Counted from the first letter of the stretch, positions 16,459 through 25,959 are shown. The stretch: 37,053 nt of DNA from an uncultured Clostridia bacterium (GCA_946566645.1 CAMNWZ010000002.1:1-37053), one strand, 5' to 3'. The notes: a model not told the origin generated them from the sequence alone. Numbers and translations are program-made.

Positions 16459-17916
16459 TTATCCGTTCAGCCCATAGTAGGCGACCATCTCGCGCGCGAA
16501 CACCAGCGCGTCGGCGGGGTTCGCGTAGAGGTCGGGGTGCAGGCAGGTGCCGCCGTTCTCACTGAACATTCCGGTGGACAGCCGCAGCGTAGTGCCGAAG
16601 GTCAGCCGTATCCCGCTCGACGGCAGGTAGCGGGTCGTCGGGTCGGCGGTCAGCGCCGCGCCGCCGCTTATGCCTCCGACGGTGATGACGTTGGAGATGC
16701 GGCTCGCGAGCTGCTGCGCGGTCTCGGCGGCGCCGGTGTTGCCTCCGACGAGGACTATCAGCGTGCGACCGTCATCAAGCTCGACGTTTTTGCCCTCGGA
16801 CGAGCTTATCACCGTGCCAAACGGCTCGTCCGACTCGAATATCGCGTTGTTCATCGGCGACGAACGGTGCAGGCGAAGCTCGTTCACCTCGCTCGGCTCG
16901 CCCGCGTAGGTCTCCAGCCACCGACGGATGTAGGTCTCGTCGCTGCCGCCGGACACGCGCAGGTCGAGCACCAGCGCCTTCTCATCCGACGGACGGTCAG
17001 CCGACTCGACAAATCTGTCGCCCGCGCGCCCGAGATCGCTCGACGCGACCACCGGAACGGTGACGCTCCCATCGGGTGAGGTGGAGCTGCCCTCGCGGAA
17101 GCTCTCGCCGAACGAGTAGTTGGTGAAGCTGTCGATGTACGCCGACGACCAGCGGAAGTTCGCCGGTTCTGCGCCCTCCAGTTCGGCGACGATGAACGCG
17201 GCGGTCGGGTCGAAGCCGGTCGGAAAGCTGCGCCACATCGAGTAGACGATAGCTCCGTTCGGCGCGACGGTGGGCTTGATGTAGTCGTGCGGGTCGCCGC
17301 CGTCCACCGACAGCACCTTTGAGCCGTGGTAGTAGAAGTCGTCGCCATCGCGGGTGAAATACTCGTTTCGGACGTGGTAGAGCTTGTCGCTCGGGGTGAC
17401 CGGCTCGTCACGCACGACAAACGAGCGGTCGCTTATCGTGCCGCCGAGCGCGTCGCTTATCAGCGCGGTGAAGTCGATGACCGGCAGGCGCACCTCGCCG
17501 CCGAACGCCTCGTCGACACTCGCCTCAAGCCGCTCTCTCATCTCACCGAACGCCTCGTCGCCGCCGAAAAATTCGTACGCGCCGTAGTCCTCGCGCAGCA
17601 TCCGCAGGAGAAAGTCGATGTCGCTCATAGCCTCCGACTTTGTGACGCGGGACACCGTCGACTTCTGGCTGGTGGTGCGGCTAAGCTCAAAGCGAAGCTC
17701 GTCGTCGGTGCGTGTCTCGAACTCGTCCGAGCAGCGGTACTTTTCGGCGAGCGGGGAGAGGTCGACGGCGGTGAAGTCGCCCGCGCGTCGCTCGTCGATG
17801 TAGGCGCGGAAGTCCTCGTAGGACGCCTCGCCGTGACCGAGCTCTCGTTCTATCGTGCAGCCGCCGAGCAGTATGCACAGCGCGACGGCGAATGCCGCGA
17901 ATTTGCGAAATTTCAT
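16459..17916 (-). CDS. Lipoprotein with a C-terminal peptidase-S41-like domain (catalytic residues apparently substituted)
   Basis: Signal peptide with a lipobox (ALCILLGGC). The C-terminal blocks LVLDLRVSGGSDE, LIVLVGGNTGAAETAQQL and VITVGGISGGAAL line up with the S41 blocks DLRxNxGG, vvLvd..taSaaE and vGe.T.GKg, from my memory of the family profile. Start at MKFRKF (internal Met). Confidence 0.65.
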   Translation of the reverse strand: MKFRKFAAFAVALCILLGGCTIERELGHGEASYEDFRAYIDERRAGDFTAVDLSPLAEKYRCSDEFETRTDDELRFELSRTTSQKSTVSRVTKSEAMSDIDFLLRMLREDYGAYEFFGGDEAFGEMRERLEASVDEAFGGEVRLPVIDFTALISDALGGTISDRSFVVRDEPVTPSDKLYHVRNEYFTRDGDDFYYHGSKVLSVDGGDPHDYIKPTVAPNGAIVYSMWRSFPTGFDPTAAFIVAELEGAEPANFRWSSAYIDSFTNYSFGESFREGSSTSPDGSVTVPVVASSDLGRAGDRFVESADRPSDEKALVLDLRVSGGSDETYIRRWLETYAGEPSEVNELRLHRSSPMNNAIFESDEPFGTVISSSEGKNVELDDGRTLIVLVGGNTGAAETAQQLASRISNVITVGGISGGAALTADPTTRYLPSSGIRLTFGTTLRLSTGMFSENGGTCLHPDLYANPADALVFAREMVAYYGLNG

Positions 17917-17973
17917 CTTGTCTATCGCCTCCAAATTGAACCTATTATAACACATCTTTCGGCGCAAAACAAT

Positions 17974-18005
17974 AAACGGAGCGGCATTTTCACACCGCTC
18001 CGTTT
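17974..18005 (-). terminator. Intrinsic terminator after the marR-GH3-unknown operon
   Basis: The stem pairs AAACGGAGCGG (17974..17984) with CCGCTCCGTTT (17995..18005). On the minus strand it is followed by ATTGTTTTG. It sits 14 nt downstream of the stop at 18019. Confidence 0.55.
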
Positions 18006-18018
18006 TCGGATGCTTTCG

Positions 18019-18711
18019 CTATCTGTACTGCGCGATAAGTGCTTTCAGCGCGCGGGGATTGACATTCGGCGCAAACGCGCGGACGTTGTCGGCTATCTCG
18101 CCGGCAGCGCGCGCGGGGTCGATGCCGCCAGCCTCCTCCTCGACACCGGCAAAGAAGTTGTCGACGGTGCAGAATATCGAGCCGGGCCAGCCGTAAGGTT
18201 CGCCGTCGGCGGAGATCTTCTGTGCCTCGCCGCAGACGGTGATGAACATGTTCATCTGAAGCTCGGCAAGCGCCGATTCGAGCGCCGACTTCTTCTCGCC
18301 CGCGAAGTTTCCGAGCGACCGAATGTCGTGGCTTGCGAGGGCGGGGGTATCGCGCAGCAGGTCGTAGACCTTCTTTGCGCAGCGGCTCATCCTGCCCGCC
18401 TGCCACATCTCATCGAAGCTGTACGCGCGTCGGCGTGCGGCGATGAATCGGGGCATCCAGTCGCGGGTGATGTAGCCGCTCTTCTTAGAGAAGAACTTGC
18501 CGTAGGCTATGTCCTCGGTCTCGGAGAGCACGCGTATGCGGTACTGCCACGGGTCATGGTCGTCGTCGCCGGTGTGCCACACAACGCCGTCGCCGCAGAG
18601 GTCGCCGACCGAGAAGGCAGCTCCCTCGCAGTCGAGCGCGCCGGGCAGGAAACCCGCCGTATGCACCCTGTCCACGAACTCGCCGAAGTTTCTGAATGGG
18701 GTAAGCTCCAT
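18019..18711 (-). CDS. Conserved hypothetical cytoplasmic protein (possibly the short 'AlkZ-related' family; low confidence on the family)
   Basis: 230 aa with no catalytic motif that I recognise. Its ATG is 1 nt after the GH3 stop (TAAGATG), implying co-translation with the glucosidase. Codon usage matches the neighbours. Confidence 0.65.
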   Translation of the reverse strand: MELTPFRNFGEFVDRVHTAGFLPGALDCEGAAFSVGDLCGDGVVWHTGDDDHDPWQYRIRVLSETEDIAYGKFFSKKSGYITRDWMPRFIAARRRAYSFDEMWQAGRMSRCAKKVYDLLRDTPALASHDIRSLGNFAGEKKSALESALAELQMNMFITVCGEAQKISADGEPYGWPGSIFCTVDNFFAGVEEEAGGIDPARAAGEIADNVRAFAPNVNPRALKALIAQYR

Positions 18712-18712
18712 C

Positions 18713-20968
18713 TTACGCAACACCCGCCGCGGCGTTGAGCTGAGCGAGTATGCCGCCGAACTGCTCCTCGCTTATCGCGCCGCCGGCGAACATGAGCATC
18801 GTCTTGAGCGGGATGCCCTCCACCATCGCCTTCATGTCCATGCCGAGCATATCCTCGCCGTCGTTGTTGAGCGCCGAGAGGGTGGGCGCGTTCTGCATCA
18901 TCTTTCCTATAAGCTCCGCGCCGCCGGGGAACGCCATCAGCTCGGGGATGGTCGAGTAGAGGGTGAGCGGACGCGGTTTTGCGGAGGTGGAGGTGACGGT
19001 GACGCTCATCTTCTTCTGGCAGTAGGGGCAGCTGGACGGCGCGACCGACACGGTAAAGCTGCCGCTGTCCACCGTCCACGCCTTTGCGAAGTCGTTCCAG
19101 TAGGCGAACGCGCGGCTGTCCAGCTCAAACTTCACCGTCTTTGTCTCGCCCGGCTCGAGCCACACCTTCGCGAAGTCCTTCAGCTCCTTTACCGGACGGG
19201 GCACGTTTGTGCAGACGTCCTGACCGACATAGAGCTGGACTATCTCCGCGCCCGCGACCCCTCCGGTGTTCTTCACGTCGACCGAGACGGTGAGCGGATC
19301 GCCCTCGGTTATCGCGCTCGCGCTTATGGTCGGCTCGCCGTACTCGAAGGTGGTGTAGCTGAGACCGTAGCCGAAGCGGAAGCGCGGGTTTATGCCGTGC
19401 ATATCGTAGTGGCGATAGCCGACGAACACGCCCTCGCGGTACTCGACGTCCTTGAGCGCGTAGTTCGGGTGGGACGGATTGTGGCGGAAGTCGACCGGCC
19501 AGGTCTCGGCAAACTTGGCGCACGGGTTCTTCGCGCCGCTGACGAGGTCTACTATCGCGCCCGCGGCAGCCTGACCGCCGAGATAAGCGACGAGCAGCGC
19601 GCCTATCTTGTCGATGAACGGCAGCTCGACCGGAGCGCCGCAGGTGAGTGCCACCGCGCAGTCGGGACGGACGCTCGCGACCGCGTCGACCAGCTTGACA
19701 ACGCCGGCGGGCAGGGTCATCTCCTTGCGGTCGGCACCCTCGGTCTCCATCGGCGAGCCGACGACCAGCAGCACGTTCTGCGCCTTCTTTGCCGCCTCGA
19801 CCGCCTCGTTTATCAGAGCGTCGTCGGTGGTGCCGTCGGCGCGAACGCCCTCGGCGTAGACGACCTCGCCGAGCTTCGACCACTCGTCGACCACGCTGTC
19901 CTCATACGGATTGTTAATGTGCGACGAGCCGCCGCCCTGGAACATTATCTTCTTGCCGTAAGCACCGATTATCGCGGTCGACTTCTTCGCGTCGAGCGGC
20001 AGCACGCCGTTGTTCTTGGCGAGCACCATCGTCTGCGCGGCGATCTCGCGGGCGAGCTTGTGATGCTCCTCAAGGTCGAGCGTAACTTCACGTTTGTTCG
20101 TCTCTATCCAGCGGTAGAGTATGTTCAGCATGCGGGTGACGGCGCGGTCGAGTATCGCCTCGTCCAGCTCGCCCTTCTTCACCGCGTCCGCTATCTGATT
20201 GCAGGTGGTCATGTCGCTTGACGGCATCTCAAGCTCACAGCCCGCCTTGAGCGCGTCGACGCGAATGTCCATAGCGCCCCAGTCGGTCACTACGTAGCCG
20301 TCGAAGCCCCAGTCGTCGCGGAGCACCTTGGTGAGCAGCCACTCGTTTTCGCAGGAGAACACGCCGTTTATGCGGTTGTACGAGCACATCACCGTCTGCG
20401 GCTTGCCCTTGGTGACCGCTATCTCGAACGGACGGAGGTATATCTCGCGCAGCGTGCGCTCGTCGACGAGCGAGTCGCCGCCCATGCGATAGCTCTCCTG
20501 ATTGTTCGCCGCGAAGTGCTTGAGCGAGCAGCCGACGCCGCCCTCCTGAAGCGACTTTATGTAGCTTGCCGCCATCTCGCCCGCGAGCACCGGATCCTCG
20601 GAGAAATACTCGAAGTTGCGTCCGCAGAGCGGGCTGCGCTTGATGTTGGTGCCCGGTCCGAGCAGTATCGACACGTCGTGCGCCTGCGCCTCGACCGCAA
20701 GAGCGCTTGCCTGACGCGCGATAAGCGAGCGGTCGAAGCTGGACGCCAGTCCCGCCGCGGTGGGGAAGCAGGTTGCGGGAACGCTCGCGTTCAGTCCGAG
20801 GTGGTCGCCGGTGCCCTCCTGCTTGCGCAGTCCGTGAGGGCCGTCGGTCATGTATACCGACGGTATGCCGAGGCGGTCGATAGGCTTTGTCTGCCACCAG
20901 CCGCCGCCCGCGCAGAGCGAAGCCTTCTCCTCAAGCGTCATCTTTCCTACCAGTTCTTTGACGTTCAT
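18713..20968 (-). CDS. Glycoside hydrolase family 3 beta-glucosidase
   Basis: Contains MTLEEKASL...GIPSVYMTDGPHGLR, the GH3 N-terminal domain, the nucleophile region VVTDWGA and a C-terminal Fn3-like domain (VQLYVG...PVKELKDFAKVWLEPGETKTV). GGAGG lies upstream. Confidence 0.92.
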   Translation of the reverse strand: MNVKELVGKMTLEEKASLCAGGGWWQTKPIDRLGIPSVYMTDGPHGLRKQEGTGDHLGLNASVPATCFPTAAGLASSFDRSLIARQASALAVEAQAHDVSILLGPGTNIKRSPLCGRNFEYFSEDPVLAGEMAASYIKSLQEGGVGCSLKHFAANNQESYRMGGDSLVDERTLREIYLRPFEIAVTKGKPQTVMCSYNRINGVFSCENEWLLTKVLRDDWGFDGYVVTDWGAMDIRVDALKAGCELEMPSSDMTTCNQIADAVKKGELDEAILDRAVTRMLNILYRWIETNKREVTLDLEEHHKLAREIAAQTMVLAKNNGVLPLDAKKSTAIIGAYGKKIMFQGGGSSHINNPYEDSVVDEWSKLGEVVYAEGVRADGTTDDALINEAVEAAKKAQNVLLVVGSPMETEGADRKEMTLPAGVVKLVDAVASVRPDCAVALTCGAPVELPFIDKIGALLVAYLGGQAAAGAIVDLVSGAKNPCAKFAETWPVDFRHNPSHPNYALKDVEYREGVFVGYRHYDMHGINPRFRFGYGLSYTTFEYGEPTISASAITEGDPLTVSVDVKNTGGVAGAEIVQLYVGQDVCTNVPRPVKELKDFAKVWLEPGETKTVKFELDSRAFAYWNDFAKAWTVDSGSFTVSVAPSSCPYCQKKMSVTVTSTSAKPRPLTLYSTIPELMAFPGGAELIGKMMQNAPTLSALNNDGEDMLGMDMKAMVEGIPLKTMLMFAGGAISEEQFGGILAQLNAAAGVA

Positions 20969-20989
20969 AATGCACCTCCAAAATATATT

Positions 20990-21490
20990 TTATTGCTTGT
21001 CGTCTGTGTCGATCGAAATGCCGGGCATGTCGAAACCGAATCCCTCCGCGATGTTCCTGATTATCTTGCTCATGACGTTCAGATACTGCTTAAACTCCTC
21101 ATCGCTTATGCCGCGCGAGATTATCTCCCACGACTGTATGAACTGCTCGTTTATGCCCGCGAGAAGCGGTTTTGCGGCGTCCTGCACGATGAGATGATAG
21201 CACCTGCGGTCGTCCCTGTCCTGCACCTGCACAAGATAACCCTTGGTGCAGAGCTGTTCGACCACCTTGCTCACCAGCGCCTTGGATATGCCGAGCTGCG
21301 TCGCCGTCCACTGTGCCGTGTCGTTCGACGGCTTCGCGTGCAGGAAGGCGAGAACCTTCAGCTCCGAGTTGCTCAGCCCGACCGATCCGCTGAGCATATC
21401 GAACCACTGGTCGAGCGCGCTCATCACCCGTCGAGTGAAGATGGTGTAGTACTCGAACGGTCGCAGGCTTTCGTCGTTTGGCATGGGCAT
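20990..21490 (-). CDS. MarR-family transcriptional regulator
   Basis: Winged helix: LSNSELKVLAFLHAKP...TATQLGISKALVSKVVEQLCTKGYLVQVQDRDDRRCYHLIV. It is 21 nt upstream of the GH3 gene. GGAGGG RBS. Confidence 0.88.
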   Translation of the reverse strand: MPMPNDESLRPFEYYTIFTRRVMSALDQWFDMLSGSVGLSNSELKVLAFLHAKPSNDTAQWTATQLGISKALVSKVVEQLCTKGYLVQVQDRDDRRCYHLIVQDAAKPLLAGINEQFIQSWEIISRGISDEEFKQYLNVMSKIIRNIAEGFGFDMPGISIDTDDKQ

Positions 21491-21639
21491 CCCTCCACCT
21501 GTTTAGAGTTTGATTGTTTAACTATAAACCATTATGCCACAAAATCGCGCCGCTGTCAATAGCTATGCGCAAAAACATGGAGGTATAAAAGCGCGCTTCG
21601 GGAAGTATAAAATAGAAGCATATTTCGGAGGTGGACGAC

Positions 21640-22299
21640 GTGTTAGAGAGATTTCGCACATTCATAGACAGGATACGCTCGGACGACCGCGCCATGCGTC
21701 GAATTTACATCGGCTGCACGGTCGGGGCGCTGCTGCTTTCGGCAGGGATACTGGCTGCCATCGCGCACGGCGAGCGGTCGAGCGCAAGCGACGCGGCGGC
21801 GCCAATGCCGTCGACCGCGCCGTCGCCGATGCTCATCTCCTCCGCGCCGGACGAGGGAGAGGAGCTGCCGCTGGTGGTGACGATAGACGACGCACAGGCG
21901 ACCACGCTGATAAAGCTCGCGCTGCGGTCTAGCCTCGCGCCGGAGAGCGTGGAGGTGCGCTTCTCCGCGCCGGACACGCTCGCCATCGACGCGACAGTTT
22001 CGCGCGAGTCGGTGCGCGACTATCTTCGGTCGGAGGGAAAGGGCACGGTCGCCGCTCTGCTGGCACTAGCCCCGAACACGCTCGAGCTCGAGCTGGAGCT
22101 TGGCATATCGGCGGACGGCGACGGGCTTGTGGTGAGCGCTAAGTCGTTTACCGCCTGCGGGCTTGCGGTCAGCGACTACCTGCCCGACTCGATACTCACC
22201 ACCGCGTCGGACGCGATAAGCTCGTCGCTGCCCGACACCTCGGCACTGAAGGAGGTGGAGGTGCGCGACGGCAGCGCGGTGTTCACCTTCGGGCTGTAA
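21640..22299 (+). CDS. Hypothetical single-pass membrane protein
   Basis: An N-terminal cytoplasmic tail, one TM (IYIGCTVGALLLSAGILAAIA), a Ser/Ala/Pro linker, then an extracytoplasmic domain of about 150 aa of unknown family. I prefer the GTG at 21640, 8 nt after GGAGG, over the listed GTG at 21631. Confidence 0.6.
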   Translation: MLERFRTFIDRIRSDDRAMRRIYIGCTVGALLLSAGILAAIAHGERSSASDAAAPMPSTAPSPMLISSAPDEGEELPLVVTIDDAQATTLIKLALRSSLAPESVEVRFSAPDTLAIDATVSRESVRDYLRSEGKGTVAALLALAPNTLELELELGISADGDGLVVSAKSFTACGLAVSDYLPDSILTTASDAISSSLPDTSALKEVEVRDGSAVFTFGL

Positions 22300-22331
22300 A
22301 GCAAAAAGTTTTACAACCTTTGATTTTCCTC

Positions 22332-22360
22332 TTGACATCGTCGGTCGGATGCGGTAGAAT
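22332..22360 (+). promoter_or_regulatory. Sigma-A type promoter of ylxM-ffh
   Basis: TTGACA (22332..22337), a 17-nt spacer, then TAGAAT (22355..22360). Confidence 0.6.
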
Positions 22361-22451
22361 ATGGTCTGTAAAGGATGGCACTTTACAGACAGGCGGGCAG
22401 GGGCGGCATGAGCACAAGCCCATCCGCCGATACGAGAGGGAGGTGTTCGTC

Positions 22452-22823
22452 GTGAAGGAGAAGGGACCGGAGCTTTCGCTGCTGTTCGACTTCTACGGCG
22501 CGCTGCTTACCGACAAACAGCGCGACATATTTGCCATGTACTACGACGAGGACCTGTCGCTCGGCGAGATAGCCGAAAACGAGGGGATAACCCGGCAGGG
22601 CGTGCGCGACGCGCTCCTCCGCGCGGAGAACACCCTTCGCGACACCGAGCAGCGGCTCGGGCTTCGCGGACGGTACACAAGGCTGGAGGGCGCGCTCGAC
22701 CTGCTCGAAAACGACGCCCGCGAGCTGCGGATGATAAACCGCGACAAGTACCTGTCCGGCGAGATAGACGACAAGATACGCGATATGCTCGGTCATATCC
22801 GCGACCTTCGTGAGGAAATATAA
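22452..22823 (+). CDS. ylxM: YlxM/UPF0122 helix-turn-helix protein associated with the SRP operon
   Basis: LLFDFYGALLTDKQRDIFAMYYDEDLSLGEIAENEGITRQGVRDALLRAE is the characteristic YlxM sequence. GTG start at 22452, about 7 nt after GAGGGAGG. Immediately followed by ffh. Confidence 0.85.
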   Translation: MKEKGPELSLLFDFYGALLTDKQRDIFAMYYDEDLSLGEIAENEGITRQGVRDALLRAENTLRDTEQRLGLRGRYTRLEGALDLLENDARELRMINRDKYLSGEIDDKIRDMLGHIRDLREEI

Positions 22824-24173
22824 ATGGCATTTGAGGGACTGAGCGAAAAACTGAATGCCGCGTTTGCGAAACTTCGCGGCAAGGGACGCCTCCACGAGAG
22901 CGACATCAAGGAGGCTATGCGCGAGATACGCCTGGTGCTTCTCGAGGCGGACGTCAGCTACAAGGTGGTCAAGGACTTCGTCGCGCGGGTGAGCGAGCGA
23001 GCTGTCGGACAGGACGTGCTCGACAGCCTCACTCCGGCGCAGATGGTCGTGAAGATCGTCAACGAGGAGATGACCGCGCTGATGGGCGGCGACGTGGTGC
23101 GTCTCGAGCGCGCGAAGAAGCCGCCGACAGTAATAATGCTCTGCGGACTTCAGGGCGCGGGCAAGACAACCAACGGCGCGAAGCTCGCGGGATACATGAA
23201 AAAACAGGGATCGCGTCCGCTGCTTGTCGCATGCGACGTATACCGTCCGGCGGCGATAAAGCAGCTTCAGATAGTAGGCGAACAGCTCGGCGTGCCGGTG
23301 TTCGAGGAGGGTCAGGGCGACCCGGTCGAGATAGCGCGTCACGCGGTAAAGCACGCGCTCGACCACGGCAACGACCTGGTGTTCCTGGACACGGCGGGAC
23401 GGCTGCACATCGACGAGGCGCTGATGGACGAGCTGCGGAACATCAAGGCGGCGGTCAGTCCGACCGAGATAATCCTCACCGTCGACGCGATGACCGGTCA
23501 GGACGCGGTGAACACGGCGTCGGCGTTTAACGAGGCGCTGGACATAACCGGCGTGATGCTCACCAAGCTGGACGGCGACACTCGCGGCGGCGCTGCGCTG
23601 TCGGTCCGCGCGGTGACCGGAAAGCCGATAAAGTTTGTCGGCACCGGCGAGAAGCTGGACAAGATAGAGCCGTTCTACCCCGACCGCATGGCGAGCCGCA
23701 TCCTCGGCATGGGCGACGTTCTGACGCTCATCGAAAAGGCGGAGGCGGCGATAGACGAGAAGCAGGCGCTCGAGCTTGAGCAGAAGCTCCGCCAGAACCG
23801 ATTTACCCTCGACGACTTCCTCGCGCAGATGGCGCAGCTCAGAAGCATGGGCTCGCTTGAGGACATCGCGGCGATGATACCGGGCATGAACGCGTCGGCG
23901 CTGAAGGGAGCGACCATCGACGAGAAGGCGATGCCCCGCATGGAGGCGCTGATACTGTCGATGACGCCGGAGGAGCGCGAGGATCCGTCGATAATCAACT
24001 CGTCGCGCAAGCGCCGCATAGCCGCGGGCGCGGGACAGCGGGTGGAGGATCTCAACCGCCTGCTCAAACAGTTCGACATGATGCAGAAGATGGCAAAGCA
24101 GTTCGGAAACATGGGCGGAGGTCGTCGCAAGGGCAAGCGCCGCGGCGGATTCGCGTCACTTTTCGGACGATAA
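22824..24173 (+). CDS. ffh: Signal recognition particle protein Ffh
   Basis: NG domain (GLQGAGKTTNGAKLA, DTAGR, TKLDGD) and a Met-rich M domain with a basic C-terminal tail. Confidence 0.96.
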   Translation: MAFEGLSEKLNAAFAKLRGKGRLHESDIKEAMREIRLVLLEADVSYKVVKDFVARVSERAVGQDVLDSLTPAQMVVKIVNEEMTALMGGDVVRLERAKKPPTVIMLCGLQGAGKTTNGAKLAGYMKKQGSRPLLVACDVYRPAAIKQLQIVGEQLGVPVFEEGQGDPVEIARHAVKHALDHGNDLVFLDTAGRLHIDEALMDELRNIKAAVSPTEIILTVDAMTGQDAVNTASAFNEALDITGVMLTKLDGDTRGGAALSVRAVTGKPIKFVGTGEKLDKIEPFYPDRMASRILGMGDVLTLIEKAEAAIDEKQALELEQKLRQNRFTLDDFLAQMAQLRSMGSLEDIAAMIPGMNASALKGATIDEKAMPRMEALILSMTPEEREDPSIINSSRKRRIAAGAGQRVEDLNRLLKQFDMMQKMAKQFGNMGGGRRKGKRRGGFASLFGR

Positions 24174-24245
24174 AACAGCTATTCATCTGTCAAACGACAG
24201 TGGATATAATCAAAACAGTCAAAAATTTTTCGGAGGTATGTAAAA

Positions 24246-24485
24246 ATGGTCAAGATCAGGCTTCGTCGTATGGGCGCAAAGAAGGCGCCGTTCTATCGTG
24301 TGGTCGTTGCGGACAGCCGCTTCCCGCGCGACGGTCGTTTCATCGAGGAGATAGGCATTTACAATCCGTGCGTTGAGCCGGCGGAGGTTCGCATCGACGC
24401 CGACCGCGCCAAGGATTGGATGCAGAAGGGCGCGCAGCCGTCGGACACGGTTCGCCGTCTGATGAAGAACGCAGGCATACTGTAA
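24246..24485 (+). CDS. rpsP: 30S ribosomal protein S16
   Basis: [39 protein letters not shown]. Confidence 0.96.
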   Translation: MVKIRLRRMGAKKAPFYRVVVADSRFPRDGRFIEEIGIYNPCVEPAEVRIDADRAKDWMQKGAQPSDTVRRLMKNAGIL

Positions 24486-24489
24486 GACT

Positions 24490-24720
24490 ATGAAAGAGCT
24501 TCTGGAGTACATCGCAAGGAGCATGGTGGACAACCCCGACGAGGTGGAAGTGACCGAGGTCGAGACCGACACCGGACTCAAGCTCGAGCTGCGTGTCGCT
24601 CCGTCGGACATGGGCAAGATCATCGGACGCCAGGGGCGCACCTCCAAGGAGATACGCGCCATCGTCAAGGCGGCTGCCGGCTCCAAGCGAGTGATAGTGG
24701 ACATAGTCGACAAGGAATAA
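24490..24720 (+). CDS. KH-domain RNA-binding protein (YlqC family)
   Basis: 76 aa with the GxxG loop (GKIIGRQGRT). Conserved position between rpsP and rimM. Confidence 0.9.
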   Translation: MKELLEYIARSMVDNPDEVEVTEVETDTGLKLELRVAPSDMGKIIGRQGRTSKEIRAIVKAAAGSKRVIVDIVDKE

Positions 24721-25211
24721 TGGGCGCGGAGATGCTTGAAGCGGGACGCATCGTGAACACCCACGGCGTCCGGGGAATGGTAAAGATCGAGCCGTGGTGC
24801 GACTCGGCTGAGTTCCTGAAAGGTTTCAAACGGCTGTATATAGGCGGGGAGCGGTACGATGTGCTCGCCGCCTCCGTCCATAAAGGGCACCTTCTCGCGT
24901 CGCTGGACGGAGTGGGCACGCTGGAGGACGCGATCCGCCTCAAAGGCAAGGTCGTGTCGATAGCGCGCGCCGACGCGAAATTGCCGAAGGGCCGCTTCTT
25001 CATCGCCGACCTAATCGGCATGGAGGTGCGCGACCTCAGTCGCGGCACGCTCGGCAAGGTCGTCGAGGTGATGACCCTTCCCGCGAACAACGTCTACGTC
25101 GTGCGCGGCGAGAAGGAGTATATGATACCCGCCGTCGACGAGTTCATCCGCTCGACCGATCTCGAAAACCGCGTGATAACGGTGGAGATAATCGACGGGA
25201 TGGAGGTCTGA
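24720..25211 (+). CDS. rimM: 16S rRNA processing protein RimM
   Basis: GRIVNTHGVRGMVKIEPW... plus a C-terminal PRC-barrel. TAATG overlap with the KH gene. The alternative start MLEAGRI at 24732 is possible. Confidence 0.9.
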   Translation: MGAEMLEAGRIVNTHGVRGMVKIEPWCDSAEFLKGFKRLYIGGERYDVLAASVHKGHLLASLDGVGTLEDAIRLKGKVVSIARADAKLPKGRFFIADLIGMEVRDLSRGTLGKVVEVMTLPANNVYVVRGEKEYMIPAVDEFIRSTDLENRVITVEIIDGMEV

Positions 25212-25212
25212 C

Positions 25213-25959
25213 ATGCGGATAGACATACTCACCCTCTTTCCGGACACGATGAGGACGATGACCGACGAGTCGATACTCGGACGCGCGCAGGACAGGGGAT
25301 ACATCGTCATCAAGAGTCACAACATACGCGACTACACCAAGAACAAGCAGATGCAGGTGGACGACTACCCTTACGGCGGCGGCACCGGCATGATAATGCA
25401 GGCGGACCCGATATACAACTGCTGGGAGGCGGTGCGCGGCATGGCTTCCGGCGAGATGCACACGGTGTACATGACGCCGCAGGGAAAGCCGTTTAGTCAG
25501 GCGATGGCGCGGCGGCTTGCGGGATACTCGCGGCTGTGCATCGTCTGCGGGCACTATGAGGGCATAGACGAGCGATTCATCGACGAGTGCGTCGACGAGG
25601 AAATTTCGCTCGGCGACTTCGTGCTGACAGGCGGCGAGATACCGGCGCTCGCGGTGTGTGACGCGGTCGCTCGGCTGATACCCGGCGTGCTTGCCAGCGA
25701 GGAGAGCTTCACCGGCGAGAGCCACTGGGACGGCGTGCTCGAGTACCCGCAGTATTCGCGACCGGAGGAGTGGCACGGCAGGCGAGTGCCGGAGGTGCTG
25801 CTGAGCGGTCACCACAAGAACATCGCCGAGTGGAGGCGCGGTCAGGCACTGATGCGCACCAAGCGCAAGCGTCCCGATATGTTCGAGCGGCTGACGCTGG
25901 ACAAAAAGGACATCAAAGCGCTTGAAAAGGTCGAAAACGAGGAGAAGGGGAGCGAATAG
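25213..25959 (+). CDS. trmD: tRNA (guanine37-N1)-methyltransferase
   Basis: MRIDILTLFPDTM..., the DDYPYGGG motif, and the YEGIDERF and VLTGGE motifs. Confidence 0.96.
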   Translation: MRIDILTLFPDTMRTMTDESILGRAQDRGYIVIKSHNIRDYTKNKQMQVDDYPYGGGTGMIMQADPIYNCWEAVRGMASGEMHTVYMTPQGKPFSQAMARRLAGYSRLCIVCGHYEGIDERFIDECVDEEISLGDFVLTGGEIPALAVCDAVARLIPGVLASEESFTGESHWDGVLEYPQYSRPEEWHGRRVPEVLLSGHHKNIAEWRRGQALMRTKRKRPDMFERLTLDKKDIKALEKVENEEKGSE

